This document shows, piece by piece, positions 1 to 7,386 of a stretch of 64,000 nt of DNA. The stretch comes from a virus (Duplodnaviria > Caudoviricetes): the IMG/VR virus record IMGVR_UViG_3300005611_000002, positions 1 to 64,000 of that record; one strand, written 5' to 3'. Each line of letters starts with the position of its first letter. Position 1 is the first letter of the stretch. The position numbers were made by a program, and so were the translations under genes. Under the pieces are notes generated by a model. The model had not been told where the DNA came from and ran no database searches. It was given only the letters and a program-made list of their open reading frames with translations.

Positions 1-162
1 GCACACGAACTCGTGCACGTGAAACAATACATGAAACAAGATCTTGGTTCTCTTCTTGGTACAGAGGAATATGAAACTTCCTGGTGGGAGCAAGAAGCAA
101 GATCACTTTCAAAACAGATAATGGAGAAGTTCAATGAACGTAATGATTCTAAAAAACAATGA
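1..162 (+). CDS. Partial (5'-truncated) HExxH zinc metallopeptidase-like protein
   Basis: Frame 1 reads AHELVHVKQY...WWEQEA to TGA at 160-162. Confidence 0.6.
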   Translation, partial: AHELVHVKQYMKQDLGSLLGTEEYETSWWEQEARSLSKQIMEKFNERNDSKKQ

Positions 163-325
163 AGAATTTAGTCATCTTACATCTGATGTCATAGCACGAC
201 AGCACTTTATCGCTTATGGTGACGGTGATGGTCACTATAGGATCGTGAAGGATCGTCAGCATAATCACTACGGTGCGCGCATTTCAGATAAGACTTTACG
301 TTGGTATCTTTCGGAAAAAAGTTAA
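134..325 (+). CDS. Hypothetical protein
   Basis: 63-aa ORF following the partial gene. Confidence 0.5.
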   Translation: MNVMILKNNEEFSHLTSDVIARQHFIAYGDGDGHYRIVKDRQHNHYGARISDKTLRWYLSEKS

Positions 326-389
326 TTTTTTTCTACGAAGTCCAACTTTCCGATATAAATAGATGTACATGATAACAGAGAAGAGAATA

Positions 390-467
390 ATGCTTTCTAC
401 AGTAGCACAGAATAATACACTCGATTGGTCCGGTACCCCTTCAGCGGGAGTGCTCGAGGTGTTTTGA
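390..467 (+). CDS. Short leader-like peptide MLSTVAQNNTLDWSGTPSAGVLEVF
   Basis: TATAAATA at 354-361, AGAGAAGAG upstream, terminator immediately downstream. Confidence 0.35.
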   Translation: MLSTVAQNNTLDWSGTPSAGVLEVF

Positions 468-496
468 CGTAGGAACAAAATTCTACTTCGAAAGCA

Positions 497-526
497 GCTC
501 GGGACCGAAAAATCCCGGGCTTTTTT
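497..526 (+). terminator. Rho-independent terminator
   Basis: GCTCGGGA-loop-TCCCGGGC followed by T6. Confidence 0.8.
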
Positions 527-528
527 AG

Positions 529-557
529 TTGACAAAGGTGAAGAATCAGTATATACT
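529..557 (+). promoter_or_regulatory. Sigma70-type early promoter P1 with GAATC in spacer
   Basis: TTGACA-17nt-TATACT; GAATC at 543-547. Confidence 0.85.
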
Positions 558-645
558 ATAAAAGTAAGGAATAAAGGAATAGGCCACGACGCCAATACAA
601 AGGTACGACGGTAACGAACTTTATTCCTTACACCAAACTTACTGG

Positions 646-674
646 TTGACAAATACAGAGAATCAGTATAGTAT
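646..674 (+). promoter_or_regulatory. Sigma70-type early promoter P2 with GAATC in spacer
   Basis: TTGACA-17nt-TAGTAT; GAATC at 660-664. Confidence 0.85.
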
Positions 675-699
675 CATAATATAAGGAATGAAAATTCCG

Positions 700-714
700 C
701 GCTCTTTGAAAATT
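700..714 (+). promoter_or_regulatory. boxA-like antitermination site
   Basis: CGCTCTTTGAAAATT resembles rrn boxA (TGCTCTTTAACAA); lies just downstream of P2. Confidence 0.6.
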
Positions 715-763
715 TGGTTTTTCTCTTAGAGGTAACTCGATGATAGAGATGGAAACAGATAAT

Positions 764-883
764 CTCTGTTTTCAACTGCACACAAAGGCATGTCTTATTT
801 GAAAGGTTCCGGTCTGTCACCGGGTTGCCAAAGTAAGATGTCTTGATAGGAAACGATCCCAGTGTGTGCAGTTGAAAACAGAG
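764..883 (+). ncRNA. Structured RNA closed by a perfect 21-bp stem
   Basis: CTCTGTTTTCAACTGCACACA (764-784) / TGTGTGCAGTTGAAAACAGAG (863-883) with internal stems. Confidence 0.6.
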
Positions 884-987
884 CTTCAAAGATAGAGTCG
901 GTATCAATAGTGTTGAGATATTAAACAATGGCTACTATCTACCACAGGGACTTCTGATAAATTTGCCCTAAGGTGACACCTAATTAT

Positions 988-1063
988 TCCCACTGACCGA
1001 GCAAGCGAACGGGCCTGACTGTTAATCAGAGATTGCCAGGGGCGGTACCTGGAGTGGGAGCCA
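988..1063 (+). tRNA. tRNA-Asn(GTT), atypical T-loop GGCGGTA
   Basis: Acceptor TCCCACT/AGTGGGA, anticodon loop ctGTTaa, encoded CCA. Confidence 0.85.
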
Positions 1064-1260
1064 TTTCGGACCAAGGGTCCTGTCGATAGTCTAATGCTTC
1101 TTAGGCAAGGCGAACATAAGTCAGAGATTGAAGTAACGGTAGCGCACTTTGTATGTGACGGTTATCTCCGATGTAGAATCACGGTACGGCATATAGAGAC
1201 GCTTTATAAAATTGCCGTTAAATCGCTAGTAGCGTCCGCTAGTAGAGCCAATCACATTGA

Positions 1261-1337
1261 AGCGGAGTGGAGCAGTGGTCAGCTCGCCAGTCTCATAAAC
1301 TGGAGGTCGTAGGTTCGAATCCTACCTCTCGCAACCA
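1261..1337 (+). tRNA. tRNA-Met(CAT), possibly initiator-like
   Basis: Cloverleaf, ctCATaa loop, 1:72 mismatch, CCA. Confidence 0.85.
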
Positions 1338-1343
1338 AACAAT

Positions 1344-1419
1344 GCCCTTGTAGCTCAGAGGCCAGAGCAGCGCTCTTGTAAAGCGAAGGTCCGCGGTTCA
1401 AATCCGTGCTGGGGCACCA
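1344..1419 (+). tRNA. tRNA-Thr(TGT)
   Basis: Cloverleaf, ctTGTaa, CCA. Confidence 0.9.
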
Positions 1420-1426
1420 GAACAAT

Positions 1427-1501
1427 GTTCCTGTAGCTTAGCGGTAGAGCAAGACGCTCATAACGTCCAGGTCGTAGGTTCGATCCCTACCAGGAACACC
1501 A
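1427..1501 (+). tRNA. tRNA-Met or Ile2 (CAT)
   Basis: Cloverleaf, ctCATaa, CCA. Confidence 0.9.
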
Positions 1502-1575
1502 AGTAATAGGATCAGTTCAGCAACAAAACAAAACTTTTATTGGAAAAAAGAGCAAAGTGATCCTGATAGAATAAT

Positions 1576-1653
1576 GCGCTTGTGGGCAAATTGGTAAAGT
1601 CGCTCGGTTTAGGCCCGAGAGTTTTGGGGGTTCGAGTCCCTCCAGGCGCACCA
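1576..1653 (+). tRNA. tRNA-Leu(TAG), short variable region
   Basis: CTCGG-ttTAGgc-CCGAG, GTTCGA T-loop, CCA. Confidence 0.9.
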
Positions 1654-1663
1654 TTACTTTGAT

Positions 1664-1791
1664 GATACACTGAAGGTGCAAGGGTGACATATACCTTGGG
1701 CGAAAGCAGTAAAATAGAACGAAGGCCAAGTTCCGTACCTGTTAGTAGTTTAAGACAAGGTGGAGCTGGTTCGAGTCCAGCACAGTGTATC
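1664..1791 (+). ncRNA. Structured RNA with terminal stem and a tRNA-like T-arm
   Basis: GATACACTG/CAGTGTATC closing stem; GCTGG-TTCGAGT-CCAGC. Confidence 0.5.
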
Positions 1792-1807
1792 TTCTAAGTA
1801 ATGAATA

Positions 1808-1873
1808 TCCCGTGACTGGCGGAGCGTATGCCTGCAGGTGCGCTGAGACGGTTCAATTCCGTACACGGGGCCA
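1808..1873 (+). ncRNA. D-armless tRNA-like element ending in CCA
   Basis: CCCGTG/CACGGG-G-CCA, T-arm ACGG-TTCAATT-CCGT, one long middle hairpin. Confidence 0.55.
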
Positions 1874-2181
1874 AAATAGACTGGATATAATCACCCCTTG
1901 TGAGGGTGGCCCTAGCATCAGTACTGATGCTAGGTCAAAGCTGCAAACAGCCCAGTCTGCTGCACAAGGAGAGACCGGCAACTTGTGTAGAAGTATGCGG
2001 AAACGACTTGCGGATAACAGGTGGGCTCGCGGCATACACAGATATAGCAGTAACATGATGCGGAAGGTGCACTCTGAGTCATGCGAAATGCTCGTCGTAG
2101 TAGGGGTTGATCTCTAAAGGATCGGCTATGGCTGAGACGTTAAACAAGCCCCAGGAATTTTTATACGCAGCGGCAACTGCG

Positions 2182-2313
2182 TTCTCTGAGAGACTATCGT
2201 CTGAAACTTTGCCGAGTTTAGGATAGGTAGACTGTTTCGTCTAGCAAGGAAGGACACCGGCTGGTCTGGTCGGAGACACAGGTTCGAATCCTGTAGCAGT
2301 TTTGCTCTCAGAG
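2182..2313 (+). ncRNA. tRNA-Asp-like mimic (2230-2301) embedded in an extended stem, no CCA
   Basis: D-, anticodon- and T-arms present; loop TGGTCTG; outer stem TCTCTGAGAG/CTCTCAGAGA. Confidence 0.55.
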
Positions 2314-2323
2314 AGAAATTTAT

Positions 2324-2398
2324 ATCGGTGAAGGAAAATGGTAATCCGCAGGCCTCCAAAACCTTGAGAACTCGGTTCGATTCCGAGCACCGGTGCCA
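2324..2398 (+). tRNA. tRNA-Trp(CCA)
   Basis: ctCCAaa loop, T-arm, CCA. Confidence 0.85.
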
Positions 2399-2492
2399 AT
2401 AGCCAAGGTCCTAGACGCAGTGAAACTTCAGGCTTTGTATGGAGTGAGATAGCTAGGAGACCTGCCAGTAGGGAGAAACTGGCACTTATTTT

Positions 2493-2582
2493 GGAGAGGT
2501 GGCCGAGTGGTTTAAGGCTCTGTTCTTGAAAAGCAGCGTAGGCGAAAGTCTACCGTGGGTTCGAATCCCACCCTTTCCGCCA
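2493..2582 (+). tRNA. tRNA-Ser(TGA)
   Basis: Long variable arm, ctTGAaa, CCA. Confidence 0.95.
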
Positions 2583-2598
2583 ATAACGGGAGTGTTGA

Positions 2599-2757
2599 AT
2601 GAAAACTATTGATGAACTTGCTGAAGAATTTCTAATGAAAATGGATAGTGCTATTTGGACTAATCCTCCGAAAAACATGGTACCAATTTTTGTTATTGAT
2701 GAATTTGTAAAGTTCTTAAAAGAGAATACTGTAGATGATCCCACTGATCTAGACTGA
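2599..2757 (+). CDS. Hypothetical 52-aa protein (MKTIDELAEE...)
   Basis: GGGAG RBS, ATG 2599 to TGA 2757. Confidence 0.55.
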   Translation: MKTIDELAEEFLMKMDSAIWTNPPKNMVPIFVIDEFVKFLKENTVDDPTDLD

Positions 2758-2832
2758 GAGTTTGACCTAACTCGTCGAAGCGATCATGCATCATCTACCT
2801 GCTAGGAGAATAGGTCCCTCCTAGACAGTTTA

Positions 2833-2907
2833 GGGCCTGTAGTGCTAATGGGAAAACACTGGTTTTGCAATCCGGAGTTGAGGGTTCGATTCCCTCCAGG
2901 TCCACCA
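2833..2907 (+). tRNA. tRNA-Ala(TGC)
   Basis: G3:U70 pair, ttTGCaa, CCA. Confidence 0.9.
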
Positions 2908-2912
2908 AAAAC

Positions 2913-2947
2913 GCGGATGTAGCTCAATCGGCAGAGCGTCTGCTTGC
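2913..2947 (+). pseudogene. 5' half of tRNA-Gly(GCC), truncated in the anticodon
   Basis: GCGGATG-TAGCTCAATCGGCAGAGC-GTCTGC-TTGC then abrupt AT-rich sequence. Confidence 0.75.
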
Positions 2948-2990
2948 ATGAAATATTAAAATGTATAAATACTTCTGTATGGAGGTAGAT

Positions 2991-3638
2991 ATGCATTACA
3001 TAATTTATAAAATAACTAATAAAATTAACGGTAAAATTTATATCGGTAAACATCAAACAAAAGATTTGAATGATGGCTACATGGGCTCTGGTAAAAGATT
3101 AGGTCTTGCTATTGAAAAATATGGAATTGAGAATTTTGAAAAGAAAATTCTATTTCAATTTGATAATGAAGCTGACATGAATGCTAAAGAAGCTGAGTTA
3201 ATAACAGAAGAATTTGTAAAAGAAGATACTAATTATAATCTATGCCCCGGCGGTAAAGGCGGCTGGGGTTATATAAATTCCGAGGGTTTGAATCTTAGAA
3301 TAGGAATGATTCATTCAGAAGAATCGAGAAAAAAGATGGGGCACAAAGGTAATACATTTAGAAAAGGGACAAAATCTTCCGATGAAACTAAGAAAAAACT
3401 TAGTGAGATTATGCCAGAGAAGTTAAAAGGTAAACCCAAGTCTGAAGAACATAGAAAAAAGATATCTCAATCTTTAAAATCTAATAAACATCTTAAAGGT
3501 AAGAAGTTTCCAAATAGGAAAAAAAGAGATCCTATAAATTTTGAAATTGTGAATTGTCCTCATTGTAATAAATCTGGAAAGAAAAACGCAATGAAAAGGT
3601 GGCATTTCGATAATTGTAGAAATGCGGGTATGATGTAG
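2991..3638 (+). CDS. GIY-YIG (Seg-like) homing endonuclease with NUMOD3 repeats and C-terminal Zn ribbon
   Basis: IYKITNKINGKIYIG, YMGSG, YNL; HSEESRKKM repeats; CPHC...WHFDNC; late promoter and GGAGG. Confidence 0.9.
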   Translation: MHYIIYKITNKINGKIYIGKHQTKDLNDGYMGSGKRLGLAIEKYGIENFEKKILFQFDNEADMNAKEAELITEEFVKEDTNYNLCPGGKGGWGYINSEGLNLRIGMIHSEESRKKMGHKGNTFRKGTKSSDETKKKLSEIMPEKLKGKPKSEEHRKKISQSLKSNKHLKGKKFPNRKKRDPINFEIVNCPHCNKSGKKNAMKRWHFDNCRNAGMM

Positions 3639-3697
3639 TGTTAGCCTGCTTCCTTGCCAAGGAAGACGCGCGAGTTAGATTCTCGCTACCCGCTCCA
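3624..3697 (+). tRNA. tRNA-Gly(GCC), divergent, overlapping the endonuclease stop codon
   Basis: GCGGGTA/TACCCGC, CTTCC-ttGCCaa-GGAAG, TCCA end. Confidence 0.85.
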
Positions 3698-3724
3698 AAG
3701 ATAAATCATGAAGAGGAGTATATA

Positions 3725-4156
3725 ATGTCAGAATTGCGTATTGAACCGTTTACAAATGAATTCGGCCAAACGATTAATCCAGGTGATGAAGTAGTATATG
3801 TAGCAACAGGCTATTCTCATCAGGTGAATGTAAATCGTGGTCGTTATCAAGGCTTGTGGTATAACAACGTAACACGTACTCGTAAAGTAAAAGATACCGA
3901 CGGTAACGTTGTTATGGAAGAACGCTATGGCCGACAGTATCCTAAGCGTGAATATTACACTGAGATGGCTCCTACGGCAGTTCGTCTTGATAATGTTCCA
4001 AGAGGATATAAATACACAGAAGTTTGGAATGAAGAAAAACAACGTAAAGTCTGGACTAAAACAGATGAAATGCGTTATGGTACTACCACACTCCCGCGCA
4101 AACGAGTCTACAAGATTGATACCTCGATGCTGAATTTTGCGGGTAATACATTTTAA
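3725..4156 (+). CDS. Hypothetical protein
   Basis: GAGGAG RBS before ATG 3725. Confidence 0.75.
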   Translation: MSELRIEPFTNEFGQTINPGDEVVYVATGYSHQVNVNRGRYQGLWYNNVTRTRKVKDTDGNVVMEERYGRQYPKREYYTEMAPTAVRLDNVPRGYKYTEVWNEEKQRKVWTKTDEMRYGTTTLPRKRVYKIDTSMLNFAGNTF

Positions 4157-4161
4157 TATTT

Positions 4162-4235
4162 GGCCCATTGGTGTAATGGTAGCACGGCAGTCTGTCTAAC
4201 TGTTGGCAGGGGATCGATACCCCTATGGGTCGCCA
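4162..4235 (+). tRNA. tRNA-Asp(GTC)
   Basis: ctGTCta loop, GCCA end. Confidence 0.9.
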
Positions 4236-4241
4236 TTTTAG

Positions 4242-4270
4242 TTGACATTTGTTCCGAATCAGTATAATAT
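4242..4270 (+). promoter_or_regulatory. Early promoter with GAATC spacer
   Basis: TTGACA-tttgttccGAATCagta-TAATAT. Confidence 0.8.
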
Positions 4271-4276
4271 GCTGAT

Positions 4277-4735
4277 ATGATTGATAATAAAATACTTCAG
4301 CTTGCTCAGAACACAAGATCATGGGCGCTTGCTATAGCAAAAGATATAAAGCCCGATGATCCAAGAGGGTGGAATTCATCTCTTACAAACATGTGCGTCA
4401 TGTGTTCTACTCATCTAGCATATCACATGCATCATGCTGGATATACCGATGTTCAAATAATAGATGCTGGTATGCATACCTTCGTGATGCTCAATGATGT
4501 CGTAATAGACGTGACTGCGACTCAGTTTGGTGAATTTGATGATGTTCTAGTAATACGGTATAACGGCATCAAGGATAAAACTCTTATGTGGTCAGAAATT
4601 GAGGATCAACCTAAGATCAAAATAAAACCTTGGTGTGATAAGGAGTTTGGGCTTGAGGTGATGTGTGGTATAGATTCTATAATTTCAATGATGAAAATAC
4701 ATATTGATAAAGATTTATTCAAGTTTGATTTCTAG
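4277..4735 (+). CDS. Hypothetical protein (C...H...D-T.-QF motifs, papain/transglutaminase-like), probably leaderless
   Basis: ATG lies ~7 nt after the -10 box; no RBS. Confidence 0.65.
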   Translation: MIDNKILQLAQNTRSWALAIAKDIKPDDPRGWNSSLTNMCVMCSTHLAYHMHHAGYTDVQIIDAGMHTFVMLNDVVIDVTATQFGEFDDVLVIRYNGIKDKTLMWSEIEDQPKIKIKPWCDKEFGLEVMCGIDSIISMMKIHIDKDLFKFDF

Positions 4736-4752
4736 TAGCATTGTAAAATAAT

Positions 4753-4828
4753 GCGAGATTAGCTCAGCTGGTAGAGCAGGTCGTTTACACCGATCAGGTC
4801 GGCGGTTCGAACCCGTCATCTCGTACCA
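4753..4828 (+). tRNA. tRNA-Val(TAC)
   Basis: Canonical cloverleaf, CCA. Confidence 0.95.
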
Positions 4829-4924
4829 ATAATCGAAAAAGGGTTTGTAGTAGAGAGTGGCAAACCAGAAACCCTGCGGCAATAGCCAATACCCATTAAG
4901 ATCGCCTGTTAGGTCACTCATTTT

Positions 4925-4958
4925 TGCCCCTTCGTCTAGCGGCAGGACGTCTGATTTG
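4925..4958 (+). pseudogene. 5' half of a tRNA-Gln-type gene, truncated in the anticodon loop
   Basis: TGCCCCT-TCGTCTAGCGGCAGGAC-GTCTGA-TTT then TATAAATA. Confidence 0.7.
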
Positions 4959-4984
4959 TATAAATAAGTGTAAGGAGAATTAAA

Positions 4985-5617
4985 ATGATCTATACACTTT
5001 ATAAAACTACAAATATAATAAATGGAAAATTCTACATCGGAATACATAAGACTTCCGATCCAAATGATGCCTACTTGGGAAGTGGTAAAATATTGAAATT
5101 AGCTATTCTTAAATACGGTCAACACAATTTCAAAAAAGAAATACTTGCTACATTTGATACATTAGAAGATGCACGAAAAGCTGAAAACGCAATTGTAAAT
5201 GAAGAATTTGTTCATTCTGAACAAAACTATAATATAGGAATTGGTGGAGGATTGGGTGGAAGTGACTTGAATGGGTTTACATTTTCCGGCCATACTCATA
5301 CTGAAAAAGCTAGACAAAAAATAGGCGAAGCAAATAAATTTAAAGTCCTTACTGATAAAGGGCGGCAAGCAATAATTAGAAATAACACAGAAAATGAAGA
5401 TCGAAAACGTAAGATATCAGAAACATTAACTGGTGTACAAAAAAGTGATGAATACAAAAAAAATCATTCTATGGTTATGAAAGAATATTATTCTAAAAAT
5501 CCAAATAAGACTGGTATCGGTATACCAAAACAAAGAATCAAATGCCCGTATTGTGGTAAGAAAGGCTCGCCTAACAATATGAGACGATGGCATTTTGATA
5601 ATTGTAAATTGAAATGA
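4985..5617 (+). CDS. GIY-YIG (Seg-like) homing endonuclease
   Basis: LYKTTNIINGKFYIG, YLGSG, C-terminal CPYC...WHFDNC. Confidence 0.9.
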   Translation: MIYTLYKTTNIINGKFYIGIHKTSDPNDAYLGSGKILKLAILKYGQHNFKKEILATFDTLEDARKAENAIVNEEFVHSEQNYNIGIGGGLGGSDLNGFTFSGHTHTEKARQKIGEANKFKVLTDKGRQAIIRNNTENEDRKRKISETLTGVQKSDEYKKNHSMVMKEYYSKNPNKTGIGIPKQRIKCPYCGKKGSPNNMRRWHFDNCKLK

Positions 5618-5621
5618 ATAA

Positions 5622-5702
5622 TGGGAAGTAAGGGAATTGGTATACCTGCCTGCCTGACTTTGATTCAGGAGTTTGCGCGTTCGAACCGCGCCTTCCCAGC
5701 CA
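5622..5702 (+). tRNA. tRNA-Gln(TTG), enlarged D region
   Basis: TGGGAAG/CTTCCCA, CCTGA-ctTTGat-TCAGG, GCCA. Confidence 0.85.
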
Positions 5703-5888
5703 TTCATAAATGAATACACTAGAAGTAAAGCAGCCTGCTGCAACAGGTCATTACTTTGAACAATCCACGAACCAGTGATTGCAGTCACAAATAAGGCGCA
5801 GAGCTGATAACTCTGAGATGTTGAAGTGGTTCGTCAACCTTGGCGTAAGCCATGTGGTCTAAGGGATCGTGTATTCTTTTATGAATGG
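5700..5888 (+). ncRNA. Structured spacer RNA closed by a ~19-bp stem
   Basis: CCATTCATAAATGAATACAC / GTGTATTCTTTTATGAATGG. Confidence 0.55.
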
Positions 5889-5978
5889 ATAGGTGGTAGA
5901 GTGGCTGAATACACTCCCCTGGAACGGGAGTCTACGTGTGAAAGCGTAGCGGGGGTTCAAATCCCTCCCTATCCGCCA
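5887..5978 (+). tRNA. tRNA-Ser(GGA)
   Basis: Long variable arm, ctGGAac, CCA. Confidence 0.9.
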
Positions 5979-5987
5979 ATATAAATA

Positions 5988-6521
5988 ATGATATATACAT
6001 TATGCGTATTTTCAATTTCATACGGAAACGCATCAATGCAACTAGACAACGTAAAAACACTTTTCGCAGTTATTGCGAGCGTGGTTACAATATTAGGAGG
6101 TGGATATACATTATCAGACAAAATAGGTTTTAAATGGACACGCCCGGTTTTGACTTGGGCGCCAGAACATTTTAACATTTCCAATGGTTCTATAGATGAA
6201 CCATTTCGAGCTGTAGTAGCACGAGAAAAACATCGAGACGATTGTGAAGTCACTGGATTTTCAATTAGTGTACAAGATTCAAATTTAGAATTGTTTCCTG
6301 CTACTCCATCTAATACAAAATTTAGTGGACCTGCTTCAGATACCATAGATAAGTATGCTTATAAATTTTATATTAGAGAACAAGACTATGATATAATTTC
6401 TACTGGAGAAGCTACATTTATGGGTGTAATTAACTATTCTTGTCCTGAAGGTACACAAAGAATACCATATCCTCCAAACTTGAAGTTTACAATATATAGT
6501 TCTAGCAATAGACCTGACTGA
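5988..6521 (+). CDS. Hypothetical membrane-anchored protein (start may be 6036)
   Basis: ORF with N-terminal hydrophobic segment; late promoter upstream. Confidence 0.65.
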   Translation: MIYTLCVFSISYGNASMQLDNVKTLFAVIASVVTILGGGYTLSDKIGFKWTRPVLTWAPEHFNISNGSIDEPFRAVVAREKHRDDCEVTGFSISVQDSNLELFPATPSNTKFSGPASDTIDKYAYKFYIREQDYDIISTGEATFMGVINYSCPEGTQRIPYPPNLKFTIYSSSNRPD

Positions 6522-6573
6522 AACAAATCCTCCAATTGTATAAATAAAAGGTTACACAAATGTAACTATACAA

Positions 6574-7386
6574 TTGGAGGAAATGAATATGAATAAACTA
6601 TTCGCTATAGCAGCCTCCATATCTATTTTGGCTTCATCTGCATTCGCTTGGGAGCCAGAAGAAATGAACGCTGTTATTGATCAGACTAACTTTATTGTAA
6701 ATAGAGGGTGTTCAGGTACACTAATATCGCTTGAACCACCTCTTATCCTAACCAATCATCATTGCATTGACCGCTTTGTTCGTTCTGTTAACAGAGATGT
6801 CACTGATGAAAATGGAAAAATCTCAACCGTCAAAGAACTCAAACTAGATCCAGTTACTGTTGCTCAAGTGTCTTATTCAGGACACGAAACAGTTGGTTCG
6901 AGTACTTATGTTACCGAGATCGTAGCAAGACAGAAAAATCGTGACCTAGCAGTTCTTCAACTGAGAGCAGAAAAGGTTCCATATACCATCGTATCTCCAT
7001 TACTTCCTGAAGGTGAAAAGACCGAAAGAGGAGAACGTGTATGGGCAGTTGGGAATCCAGCAGGTCTTGATGCGACTGTGACTACTGGAATTATCAGTTC
7101 AGTCACAAGAACGTTTCAGTTTCCTTGGGCTGAAAATGAGGATCTACCCATGATACAAACTGACGTAGGTATCTTTGGTGGAAACTCCGGCGGTGCACTC
7201 TATGATACGCAAGGAAGACTCGTTGGTGTTCCTGCAGCTGGTCATAGACAAGCAACTCACCTCGGTCTCGCAATTCCAACTTCTATCGTATGGGAAGTCC
7301 TTGCAAAAAACTGCCTTGCTGAACACGTCGGTGGAACGAATAACGAATTATGTAATGAAGATGAAGAGTCTGAAACCGAAGAATGA
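6574..7386 (+). CDS. Trypsin-like (S1/HtrA-type, no PDZ) serine protease with signal peptide (start likely 6583/6589)
   Basis: TNHHC, DLAVL, GNP, GNSGG motifs. Confidence 0.9.
   Translation: MEEMNMNKLFAIAASISILASSAFAWEPEEMNAVIDQTNFIVNRGCSGTLISLEPPLILTNHHCIDRFVRSVNRDVTDENGKISTVKELKLDPVTVAQVSYSGHETVGSSTYVTEIVARQKNRDLAVLQLRAEKVPYTIVSPLLPEGEKTERGERVWAVGNPAGLDATVTTGIISSVTRTFQFPWAENEDLPMIQTDVGIFGGNSGGALYDTQGRLVGVPAAGHRQATHLGLAIPTSIVWEVLAKNCLAEHVGGTNNELCNEDEESETEE

Noticed and set aside
1094-2359. ORFs 1094-1312, 1785-2117, 1853-2056, 2126-2359 and similar
   Set aside because: They overlap tRNAs or structured RNA and lack RBSs; most minus-strand ORFs in the track are shadows of plus-strand genes
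2948-3623. Group I intron in tRNA-Gly (likewise tRNA-Gln)
   Set aside because: No room for an intron core around the ORF; downstream is a whole tRNA, not the complementary 3' exon
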